A stretch of 64,000 nucleotides of DNA, taken from the NCBI GenBank assembly GCA_002633005.1, contig NMRA01000062.1, forward strand, positions 853,981 to 917,980. The letters run 5' to 3'. The notes beneath the pieces are model-generated. The model made no database searches, was not told the origin of the DNA, and worked only from the letters and a program-made list of their open reading frames with translations. Position 1 is the first letter of the stretch. Each line of letters opens with the position of its first letter. Of this stretch, positions 54,401-62,472 are shown in pieces. The position numbers and the translations under genes were made by a program. The DNA comes from Phoronis australis. Its lineage: Eukaryota; Animalia; Phoronida.

Positions 54401-57400
54401 TGCAAACAGTAAGTGCACAGTGCAAGGACAACTCTGTTATAGTTCAATTACAAAGCAAGACTACAGTACTGCAAGGTCCATGTGATGAACAGATTTTACT
54501 TTTTATGTTGCTCAAAAAGGTATGGCCATATCCATTTATGAAAGTATTTTGTTTTCACCTCATCATGCTAAGGAAAAAAGCTCTTGACCAAGAATCACTG
54601 CAGTTAGGTATATTCTAAAGCAATCATGTCAGGTCATAGTTCATGTAAAACAAACAATTGCTGTTTAAAGCTGCATACAGTGCCATTTTTGAAAACCATT
54701 TCTTTGGTTTATATTTCGGAATGGAATCCTTTGCTTTGGTTCTGCGAATTACCATATTCCTCACATACGATAAAAACATGGACTGAGTTTAAACCGAAAG
54801 ATTCATTGGCGACAAATAGAAGATATTCCAGTTTGAAGTTTGTGAGTTTCACGTGACCTGATAAGAGCAAGACTTTGAGTGTGATGCTCAGTCAACAGTG
54901 GATAATAAAATCGTCAAAAACAGTTACCACGACTTGTAAAACTTATTGAATAGATAATGTTTGTATTATTCAGTGTGAACTCAAGATGAGAGGAAAAAAA
55001 CAAATCTGGTATTTTCACAGAATTTTTGTCTGCCAAAATTAGTGTACTATCCGAACACAAAAATCAAACAATACAGCATGAGATTACCCATTAGACAACT
55101 CAGTGCAGATCAGAAAGCTAAGATACTTTACAGACAATGGAATTAATTTATCTCTTCATTTTGACTCCAGCACTTTACTACAGAGGGCGCCACCCTCATT
55201 GCATGTCTGATGCAATACAAAAGACACCAGACCACCTTCGTTCCTTACCTAACAAAGTGTAATTCCTCCAATTGAATGCTCTAAGCATGATAAAGACTAT
55301 AGCATACTACAACAACACATCAGTGCATTTGACACAACAGAGAATCACATCAGAGCTCAGTAGATGTTACATTGTGTACCCATTAGATTGCCCACTCTCT
55401 TGATAAGCCAGTGAAAACAAACTCAGGCCCAGGTTCAGTGTTAGTAATCTCCGTACTCGAAACTCGAATCAAAAACTGACAAATAACATGTCATGGTTCG
55501 AGTAAATAATTATGCAAATTTGTACTCAAATGAAGCAGCATGATTGGTTAAATTAAGAGTCCGAGTTCAGAGGGCGGATCCTCGACCCAGATCGGGTTAA
55601 ATCAGTGCTGTCGCAGGTACACGATACTCAGTAAGTGTGCGAAAATTACCAAATAATTCACGTGCAAAGGTAAAAACATAAGCCAATGCTACATGTAATA
55701 TTGCAAGACCATAAAAATAATTTGGCATAACCAAACATAAGTATATGATGTGATTAACTATTGGGTAACGCAAGAGAAGAGAACTAAAGAGAGGAAGACG
55801 TACTATCGAAAGCATCGGCTCTGTAAGGTGGGAGTTTTCCCCCCTTAATGGACCCACCAAGCCTGGCTTCCTGAGACTTGTCTTCAATCATCACTTCTGT
55901 ATTGTCCAAATAAGTCTGAAACAATGTGAGCAAACGGTGACAAATTCAAAACAAAAAAGAATGAGTTACAGCCCAGCCTATGTGTGCTGCAAAATATTTA
56001 AAATCCAACATGATTGAGTAAGAAATAATACAGTTAGCATTGTACAATTCATTTTACTTAAATCAGGTGAAAAGATGAGAGTGATGGCCATATTGCAGAT
56101 CTATACTCAGCAGATGACCAATGGCAAACATCCTCTACAGTAAGCAGATAACCAATGGCTATCACAAACTAAACTCAGGTGATGACCAATGGCTACCACC
56201 ATTTATACTCCACTGATGACCAATGACTATCACCATCTATACACAGCAGATGACCAATGGCTATCCTCATACACAGCAGATGACCCATGGTTATCATTAT
56301 CAACACTCAGCAGATGACCAATGACTATAACCATCTACATTCAGTAGATGACTAATGGCTACCATCATCTATACTAAGCAGATGACCAATGGTTATCATC
56401 ACCCTCCCTCTCAATATCTTACCTGCACAGCCTCTTCCATGTTAAAATCAGGTAGACTGTTATAGGTGGCGCTGTCATCACCTTTCTCAGATCTGGCCAT
56501 TGAATCATCAATCATTTGCTAAAAGGAGAAAGAAAAATGTGAGACGGCAAAGCACCATGGTTTGTAATCTATGTCAGCCTGTGAACATTTGCCTACATTT
56601 TCCATGACACCTAGACGTACATGACTAACACCAACTTGTCATTTCTAAGCTATATCAGAAAAAAGCACAATAGCTGGATTATCTGTGAACTTAGTACCTG
56701 AGTTCTAGAGAAGACTGATATGCATAATCTCAGAGTCAGAGCCATGAGTTTTCGATCACAATTAGCAACAGTAAAACACTGCTGAAGAAGCATTTCAACC
56801 ACACTTTGAAAAGCACAAAAATATCAATTTAAATTGTGGTTCAATAGCTCTAAAAATTAATTCAGTGTGGTAAAACACTTAAGATTCAAGAAGTAAAAAA
56901 CTTGGTTCATCTGCAGCAGATGAGGTCAGGGTAGTGAAAGTCTTGTCCGACCTACAATCACCTGGGTGTAACCTTTCAATGTAGCATAATGTTATTATTG
57001 CAAGCAGAGATTTTGGTATTCTCTAAGTCCTGGATGTTTGTCCTGAAGTGCTGCAATCAGTCAGGATATTTAGAAATTCAGCCGTACAAAATTCGCCTTT
57101 GGAGTATGGCAACCAAACATTGGCCCAAATTGATCGGCAATAAAGAAAACGAATAACTTCTGAATGGTGTATTTAGTTGGTCTTTGTCTTGAATCATCAA
57201 GTTCCCCACAAACATGAGGGGAAAAGGGAGCAAATTTTATCCACACTATTCCCAGCCATGAATCAGGCAAATGTTCAGACTAAACTAAAATCAATCAGAC
57301 ATTTTTAAAAGAAATCGGACCCAGTCGATGGCCGACGCTTAGCAATATCTCTGTGCAAGGAGATACTCTTCAAAATTCAAAGCTAAAGCTGAACAGAGTA

Positions 57401-60400
57401 TGATGCATGCTATCAGCCATTACCTGAGTCTTCCCAATAGCATGACTGAGCGCGCTTTTCACAAGTAAGTCCGTCAAGACCTGTGCTTGGGACTCCTTGT
57501 CTAAGTCTTTGTATGATATCTCTCTAACAATGCCGTCACGTTCTTCCACAATTTTAATAGAACCAATGTCCGAGATGTTGGACTGAATGTCTTGTAGAGA
57601 ACCTTCGTCAACAACAGCTGAAGAGAAGAAAATCATGTTAACTTGAATGCAGTCAACTTTGCTGTCAAAATCAAATTAACACTCCTCGCTACAGAAATGG
57701 TCTCAACTTGTAATTTCTTATTCACATCATGTAGAATATATAATTATATAGGTATTATAAAACAACAAGAATGGAACAACTGAAATTTTCGGATATAATA
57801 ACATCCGAAAGTTTCAGTTGATCCATTCCTGTTGTTTTATTTACCTATACATATTATATTCTACATTTTGTGAAACAATAGTATCCTTGAGAGGATCTGG
57901 ATCAAAAATGATTCTTGGAATTAGAAGGAATTTGTAATTGCTTGAATATAGCTAGGTATCAGTTGGTCAAACAAATCATGCGTTCAGTTAATTTCTAGAT
58001 ACAGTACAAGCCAAAAGTATTCGGGCAAAATGACTGTCTCGCAATTCCCTAACGATGGCTGTGTGGAAACCAAATTCATAGTCAGAGTACCTTTCCCTCA
58101 AGACCGGGAATGAAGAGGATCTAACAAAAAAGTTTGCAAGGAGACTAAATCATTATGCGATTAGAATTTCACCACCATTATAACAGTCATTACCAGTCGT
58201 TTTAGAAACAAGCAAAATTATCGTCGTGATATGGAAACAGTATTCTGTCCGATTTCTCTTGTCTTGAACTGTATGTTGGGTCTATGCCCAAACACCAGAT
58301 GGAGTTAGAAATGGGTAAAATCCAGCTGAGAAACAAGGCACCTGTCCCCTCGACACTTAGCAACAGCAATCAAGACATTGGGGACCGATTAATGGCTGCA
58401 GTAGATTGCCCATCAATAAGAGATCAGCCACAATACCATCAGTGGTCAAAATCATATGTTGGTTTTCGTGGTGGAAAACAGGTATATAGCCACTAAAGAA
58501 TGGTCGACTTTAAATGGCAGTGACCAAACTTATGTCTCTGAATGACAGTTCAATTGAATTGGTTCTCCAAACTCAAGATCTTATAATCAAGCAATATTGA
58601 ATTAATTTCCTTTCAACCAAGTTTCAATGCCAAAGATAGGGAATAGTGACTGTCTCAATTTTTTAATTTCTAGTTGCTTCAACTATTAACAAGTTTCAGG
58701 ACAATGTCGACGCATGGGTTACAACCAAGTTTGACAAGACATCGATAACATACAGATGCTAACTGTATCAGAATAGCCCGTTACAAGACGGTGAATCAAA
58801 CAAACAAAAGAACTTAATCTTGAGCATAACACGGCAATTAAAATGATCTTAGAATCAAATTCTCACTCTCTTCTGCCACAGAGCGCCTCCTATAGAACGA
58901 GAAGCCAGACAGGTCGCCTGGAGACATGAGCATCTGACGCATGATGCGGTAGGGCAGGGGCACCTGAGACAGGTTGTCCGAGATACGCGTCTTCATGTGA
59001 GGAAAGAAAGAGCTGGTCTCAAACATGGATCGCTCAGTAATATAGCCTGGAATCAAATTTAAAGTAATTGAACAACCTTCATAAAATAATGAAAAGAATA
59101 CTTTGCGTATGACATACACGAAGACTCAGTCTCAGGTTTACACACCAAACAAACGGCCATGGATACGTAGACTTCCATTGGTGAAATCAAATCACGAGAA
59201 GAATTATTTCTGCTGCAGAAACATTCTAAATATCTGTTTACAATGAGGCAGTAATAACGCCACAGAAGAACAACCATATCTCTTAAAATTTGCTTGCCAC
59301 CTGCGTGACCTGCCAGTGAACCTGTAGTTGACCACAGCTTTTGTAGTCGCATTGGTGACTGTACGGGTGACCAAGAACATCCTTGAAAAGTGCAAAAAGG
59401 AAAAAATCCCAATTACCCGCCCAAATTATTTTGTAAATTTTTCTCTACTTAGCTTTAATTTTCAAAAACAAAGCCATCCAAGATGCAAACATCCCACGCA
59501 ATAAACAACACAAATGTCATTTCATGCAAACATTCTCATCCTCAGAGAGGTGTTTCTAAGCTGTATTAAACAGAATCTTTGATCTACTTACTTTAAGTTA
59601 CTTTGCAAACATTTTTAAGACTGGCCACCTGTTGGCCACATTATGTAACCTACCAGTAATCAACATAAGTCTGAAAAGATATCTGTCCGAACGGGACTCA
59701 AACGGGACTTTCTGCTAAACGTGTAGACACTACTCCTCTGAGCCTTCGAGACCACTGGTCGAACACAGAAATCCAATCAGCTTGAGCAGTGGGCATACCG
59801 CCCATAAACTCGAAAATATATTATTCATATATTTACCTTTACTTTGTAAAGTTGTTAAGAAAGAGTCGTCAAAGCTCTTTGTCCAACTAGCCAAGTATCG
59901 ACGCGCAGAGAAACCAGGTCGGACTGCCCTCTGCCAGGAATTCTTGTGTTTATTGCGATGAATAAAGCCGAGGTACACATCTTCCTCTCTCTGTGCCTAC
60001 AGTGATAAAAAGAACAGCCCACTGAGTTGAGCACAACACCATAATGAGTTAACTGTTTTGTATTTTGCAATTTTGTATTTTGCAACTTTTATAATAACCA
60101 AATGCAAAATTTCCAAGATCTTCTAGCCACAGATGATATATATCACATCAAAACCAAAAGAAAAACAGAAAAGGCAAAAAGTAAAATTAAATCAAATTTC
60201 AAACGATTATATTAGTTTATTTACACACTGCTTTTATTTAACAAGAGCAGGCTCTTGTAACTATTATTTAAATATTTTGTAAGGAAAAACAAGGATATTA
60301 AAAGGAGACTGAGGTAAATACTGTATTTAGAAATTAAGAAATTTTAAAGTAAAAATAATATAGCAAGTAAGAAAGTAATGCACCAAAGGAAATTTTCAAA

Positions 60401-62472
60401 ACAAAATGTAAAAATAAAGAAGAATAATAGAAAATGGAAAATTAATTTACTTGATAGTTTGAAAAGAGTTCATCTCAGAGACTTGTACTATGAAAACGAA
60501 GTTTTGCAACAGTTTATGCACAAACAAAAAAGTTTGTGAACTGGTGAAAGTTGCCTTAAATGCAGTTTTTGGCCAATTTACTGTAGATTATTAAAGAAAT
60601 TTCAAGCTAGGTCATGCATCTATTTCTAGTTTATAAATGAAACGAGAGTATAACACACTCCAGACAACGCATATTACACCTGAACCTGTAGTAGTTAAGA
60701 TATTAATTTTGATTTTCCAGGAGGAATGTTTCTTGTAATTAAATTTTGTTCCCTATTCTATGATACAGGTGGTTCTAGATTAACTCTTTTTCCTTGACAG
60801 TTAAATATTTTTAAAATGCACAATCATCCACTTAATAACAAGGTTAACAAAAAAAATAGTTTGAATTACAAAATTAACGATGCTTGACCATAACCTAGCC
60901 CGTCTTAGTGACTAAAAAACAATTCTACAGTTCACAGAGACAATAACTTCAAGTAAGAGCCATTATAGGGACAGAATTAGACCAGGGACAACAGCTAAGT
61001 TCAAACGTGAAACAAAGCACAGGGCATGGCAAGCAATCCGTAACTAGACTTTAAACCAGTGGCCTGCCTGGAAAATACAGTGGCTCGCCTGAAAAATACA
61101 GTGGCTGAACCCTCAGGTTAATCTTGCCAATCCTTGTCAAAGGTTTGCATGCGGGCATGCTATCTTGATTTGGAAATGCCACTGATTAAATTTTGAGGAA
61201 CTCACTGGTTTTTTATTGAGCAGGCACAGGATTTAAAGACTGCAACGGAGTCTCGACACTGCTTTGTCCCAAAAGCTAGATGGAGAAGTTGAAAAGTGAG
61301 CTTTGTATTTACTTACCATTAGATCAATTTTTTGTGGAATAACAAAAAGGAAAAAGTCAAGTCAGTATTAATTCCTCACATATACAACTTAAATGCTGTA
61401 ACATATTTTGTAGGACTTGCAGGAGGTGGTAAAGAACTCAACAGGCAATCACTAATCTGTAGATTTCGGCAAGGAATGATCACAACTAGCTCAGTCTACT
61501 ATGAGGTAGTGAAACACTTCTAGGAGGTAATGCCAGTGTTTGGCAAGTTTGGCTTAACATTGCATGCAGGTAGAGTGTTCCTGATCAGCTAGACTTTAGA
61601 CTCAATAAATAACCACATAATGTGAAGGGATCACACAACCTTACAAAGCTTGATGTTTATGGCCCTGGAGAAAATGGTTTATTAGGACAATTTAATTCCA
61701 GTTGCTAGTGTGTAATCTTATTCAAGTGCTCAACATAAATTGTATAGAATTCAAAATAATTGGTAGAATGTATCCACAACACTGTGCACAATTCAAGCAA
61801 AAATTTACTAGCCTGAGTACCACAATTGATAAGTGTACATCATACCATGTCTGAGGAAAGTGAAACTAGGCAAACAATAGCATCATTAAGCAAAATGAGG
61901 ATGTTTCATATCACTCACAAATGCAAAAGGACCATCTAAGTTTAACAAAGGGACCAAGAGAGAACGGCAAAATTTGACTTCAACTAAGAGGCAAACTGCA
62001 TGAAAAAGAATCAACTATATGGTGAAACAATGTTTTAGTTGTGTAAAGATCTGATTAACGAACGTTTTACTGCTGATTTAACTTATTAAGTTCTGTGAAA
62101 TGTTTTTTTTTTTTTAGTCTAAATAGAACAAGATGTTTCCATGACAAAGTCCATACATACCGATGCACCATACTGTAAAATGGCGCTAGTTAAGTCGTCC
62201 ACAGTCTTCAGCTCCAGGTCATCCATGCTTTTAGACAGCTGGTGGCGAAGTCGCTTCCTCCTTTTTGGGTTCCCGCGACGCATGGCGATGTCTTCAGAAA
62301 AAAGCAACATCGCCCCTCTTCTGGTCAGATAGGTCTTGGGGAGGTTGACTTCTGACTTTGTTGAAATGTTGGACACATTTGATCTAGGTGTATCTGCCTC
62401 TTCAAAAGCCACTCGTGGCTGGAGAGGAGGCAGGTACAGTCTGTTGGGGTTCTCAGCCCAGTTGAAATAATC
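27174..62472 (-). CDS. KIAA2012: KIAA2012-like (DUF4670) uncharacterised protein; multi-exon gene span, N-terminal exon beyond the window
   Basis: N-terminal motifs DYFNW, LPKTYLTRRGAMLLFSE, LELKTVDDLTSAILQYG and VRPGFSARRYL match my recall of human DYLNW, LPKTFSTRKGALILYSE, LELHTLQDLKEAILAYG and IQPGHSAKRYL. The E/R/K-rich C-terminus ends EANGLSHSQDITRAFVFSYFELLQ (human EASGLQWTQNISRPWVYSYFQFLQ). About 27 GT-AG exons chain with matching phases. Confidence 0.88.
27937..28087 (-). CDS. KIAA2012: KIAA2012-like exon (EQARRDAEE...REQE)
   Basis: tcttccag|AG ... AACG|gtaagc; 151 nt, phase 1-2. Confidence 0.88.
28921..29093 (-). CDS. KIAA2012: KIAA2012-like exon (LKREQEEEE...EAIRR)
   Basis: tgttttag|A ... 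AGGG|gtacag; 173 nt, phase 2-1. Confidence 0.85.
29500..29708 (-). CDS. KIAA2012: KIAA2012-like exon, start of the charged helical region (ETSSQLK...EEAS)
   Basis: cccaacag|GAG ... TCAAG|gtaagt; 209 nt, phase 0-2. Confidence 0.88.
30531..30707 (-). CDS. KIAA2012: KIAA2012-like exon (PVKSPDMEF...SDTGS)
   Basis: tgttacag|CCT ... TCC|gtaagt; 177 nt, phase 0-0. Confidence 0.82.
31304..31586. mobile_element. PIF/Harbinger-like MITE, family A, copy 3 (283 bp, opposite orientation)
   Basis: TIRs gagcctgtttcatgaaa / tttcatgaaacaaactc; CAG TSD on both sides; interior is reverse-complement similar to copies 1 and 2. Confidence 0.8.
31779..31925. mobile_element. Small degenerate TIR element
   Basis: ctgggagcagattca ... 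tgaatctgcaccag. Confidence 0.4.
32081..32184. repeat. Imperfect inverted repeat, ~40-bp arms
   Basis: atagttacttacatggggtgcccggattttgagaaccagttt vs revcomp arm atagtcatttacgagggtcttgcattttgtgaaccagttt. Confidence 0.65.
32353..32388 (-). CDS. KIAA2012: Candidate 36-nt cassette microexon (HVPAQSSDKTVK)
   Basis: ttctctccctacaag|CAT ... AAG|gtatac; phase 0-0, matching the flanking exons. Confidence 0.45.
33103..33296 (-). CDS. KIAA2012: KIAA2012-like exon, Lys/Pro-rich (KPVKEKK...PTPTPE)
   Basis: tttatcag|CT ... GAG|gtaaga; 194 nt, phase 1-0. Confidence 0.82.
33330..34150. repeat. Minisatellite, 32-bp unit, ~25 copies, filling an intron
   Basis: Unit agtagcagacagtcacatccactgccagctac; core homogeneous, edges degenerate. 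Confidence 0.92.
34191..34371 (-). CDS. KIAA2012: KIAA2012-like exon (AGSRGQGSP...EFVVGK...ASEK)
   Basis: tggcacag|GCC ... AAAG|gtgagt; 181 nt, phase 0-1. Confidence 0.8.
35067..35615. repeat. Minisatellite, ~66-bp unit, ~8 copies, overlapping an exon end and splice donor
   Basis: Unit ggaccaatgtgtgtctactatttccccacaccaaccactgcccataccttcacaagctcctcaaat. Confidence 0.9.
35599..35939 (-). CDS. KIAA2012: KIAA2012-like exon (SAKNSEKLGL...EELVK)
   Basis: ttttaaag|AT (or ttcag|CA at 35933) ... AAG|gtatgg; phase 1-0. Confidence 0.78.
36838..37056 (-). CDS. KIAA2012: KIAA2012-like exon (SRRSSIDVP...YMEP)
   Basis: tgctgcag|TA ... CCAG|gtgagc; 219 nt, phase 1-1 (an alternative phase-0 donor at 36821 does not fit the next exon). 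Confidence 0.75.
37704..37803 (-). CDS. KIAA2012: KIAA2012-like exon (KVIDAML...TLASV)
   Basis: tgttgcag|AAA ... GTTT|gtgagt; 100 nt, phase 0-1. Confidence 0.78.
38065..38345. repeat. Minisatellite, 32-bp unit, ~9 copies
   Basis: Unit ~cagaacaagttatagtcatcataactatgcct. Confidence 0.8.
38435..38632. mobile_element. Kolobok-like MITE (198 bp)
   Basis: TTAA TSD at 38431-38434 and 38633-38636; TIRs ggatacatgta / tacatgtaacc. Confidence 0.6.
38741..38824 (-). CDS. KIAA2012: KIAA2012-like exon (LAAEIWMERYP...STDQ)
   Basis: tattccag|CTT ... CAG|gtgcat; 84 nt, phase 0-0. Confidence 0.78.
39755..39915 (-). CDS. KIAA2012: KIAA2012-like exon (VASGPVSRR...ADDAK)
   Basis: ccttttag|AC ... AAG|gttggt; 161 nt, phase 1-0. 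Confidence 0.8.
40027..40584. mobile_element. PIF/Harbinger-like MITE (558 bp)
   Basis: ~40-bp TIRs gggctgttccagcaaaatctgtgtgggagggggggaaggca / tgccttcccccctctcatacagattttactggaacagccc; TGA TSD at 40024-40026 and 40585-40587. Confidence 0.85.
41901..42203 (-). CDS. KIAA2012: KIAA2012-like exon (PIDALDIEIRL...RPSKK)
   Basis: actttcag|CA ... AAAG|gtactt; 303 nt, phase 1-1. Confidence 0.8.
44197..44313 (-). CDS. KIAA2012: Second copy of the same exon (probably the other allele)
   Basis: Same peptide and splice sites, offset by 1023 bp. Confidence 0.55.
45220..45336 (-). CDS. KIAA2012: KIAA2012-like exon (INLQSGDVDP...LVES), copy right of the N
   Basis: ttctacag|AG ... TCAG|gtagtc; 117 nt, phase 1-1. 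Confidence 0.7.
46823..46990 (-). CDS. KIAA2012: Putative, possibly alternative, KIAA2012-like exon (LSLYSKVFGRRRSK...SPRQST)
   Basis: taagaagcag|CT ... ACAG|gtcttc (weak donor); 168 nt, open in frame, phase 1-1. Confidence 0.45.
47914..48030 (-). CDS. KIAA2012: KIAA2012-like exon (GDVTDASE...GYPDPI)
   Basis: atttccag|CG ... ATTG|gtgaga; 117 nt, phase 1-1. Confidence 0.78.
48969..49265. mobile_element. Tc1/pogo-like MITE, family B
   Basis: Termini cagtaaaaattctccaacttggga / tcccacattggagaatggttaccata; colinear with 25423-25731. Confidence 0.7.
49276..49452 (-). CDS. KIAA2012: KIAA2012-like exon (GSVKSGDE...TPEEA)
   Basis: cttcacag|CT ... GCAG|gtttgt; 177 nt, phase 1-1. Confidence 0.78.
49903..50064 (-). 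CDS. KIAA2012: Second copy of the same exon, left of the gap (probably the other allele)
   Basis: Same peptide; cttgtcag|GT ... AAAG|gtgagc. Confidence 0.6.
50761..50956. other. Assembly gap (N run)
   Basis: 196 N. Confidence 1.
51054..51215 (-). CDS. KIAA2012: KIAA2012-like exon (PVLAGGSQ...KSPSK), copy right of the gap
   Basis: cttgttag|GT ... AAAG|gtgagc; 162 nt, phase 1-1. Confidence 0.75.
52032..52154 (-). CDS. KIAA2012: KIAA2012-like exon (EALDGWASG...KKSAS)
   Basis: ttttaagcag|AA (NAGNAG, alternative start 52157) ... TCAG|gtgagt; 123 nt, phase 1-1. Confidence 0.78.
52711..52851 (-). CDS. KIAA2012: KIAA2012-like exon (LVPPINIQPP...DPATE)
   Basis: aattccag|CG ... GAAG|gtacac; 141 nt, phase 1-1. 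Confidence 0.78.
53267..53497 (-). CDS. KIAA2012: KIAA2012-like exon (GASRSSRT...PLNNN)
   Basis: tccaatag|GT ... AACA|gtacgt; 231 nt, phase 1-1. Confidence 0.78.
55804..55915 (-). CDS. KIAA2012: KIAA2012-like exon (TYLDNTE...ADAFD)
   Basis: tgtttcag|ACT ... GATA|gtacgt; 112 nt, phase 0-1. Confidence 0.75.
56095..56402. repeat. Minisatellite, ~34-bp unit, ~9 copies
   Basis: Unit ~actcagcagatgaccaatggctatcaccatctat. Confidence 0.85.
56423..56518 (-). CDS. KIAA2012: KIAA2012-like exon (QMIDDSM...EEAVQ)
   Basis: ccttttag|CAA ... CAG|gtaaga; 96 nt, phase 0-0. Confidence 0.82.
57424..57617 (-). CDS. KIAA2012: KIAA2012-like exon (VVDEGSLQ...IGKTQ)
   Basis: ctcttcag|CT ... CAG|gtaatg; 194 nt, phase 1-0. 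Confidence 0.82.
57721..57874. repeat. Long near-perfect palindrome (~65-70-bp arms, ~4-8-nt loop)
   Basis: atgtagaatata...aaaacaacaagaatggaacaactgaaattttcggat [ataataac] atccgaaagtttcagttgatccattcctgttgtttt...tatattctacat. Confidence 0.85.
58867..59046 (-). CDS. KIAA2012: KIAA2012-like exon (GYITERSMF...VAEE)
   Basis: gattccag|GC ... GAGA|gtgaga; 180 nt, phase 1-1. Confidence 0.85.
59837..59996 (-). CDS. KIAA2012: KIAA2012-like exon (AQREEDVYLG...LQSK)
   Basis: cactgtag|GCA ... AAAG|gtaaat; 160 nt, phase 0-1. Confidence 0.88.
61045..61242. mobile_element. Degenerate TIR element (hAT-like MITE) with subterminal cagtggc repeats
   Basis: tagactttaaaccagtggcctgc vs revcomp cagtctttaaatcctgtgcctgc; boundaries uncertain. 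Confidence 0.45.
62161..62472 (-). CDS. KIAA2012: KIAA2012-like exon (DYFNWAE...QYGAS)
   Basis: cattgcag|GAT ... TCG|gtatgt; 312 nt, phase 0-0; conserved N-terminal motifs. Confidence 0.9.

Noticed and set aside
54183-55280. Several small AG...GT candidate microexons in this intron
   Set aside because: Most have in-frame stops or the wrong phase for a phase-1 intron, or weak acceptors
59300-59382. Acceptor-like site with an open phase-1 frame (GCSWSPVQSP...)
   Set aside because: It would split the conserved LQSK-G-YITE junction, and no clear donor stands out
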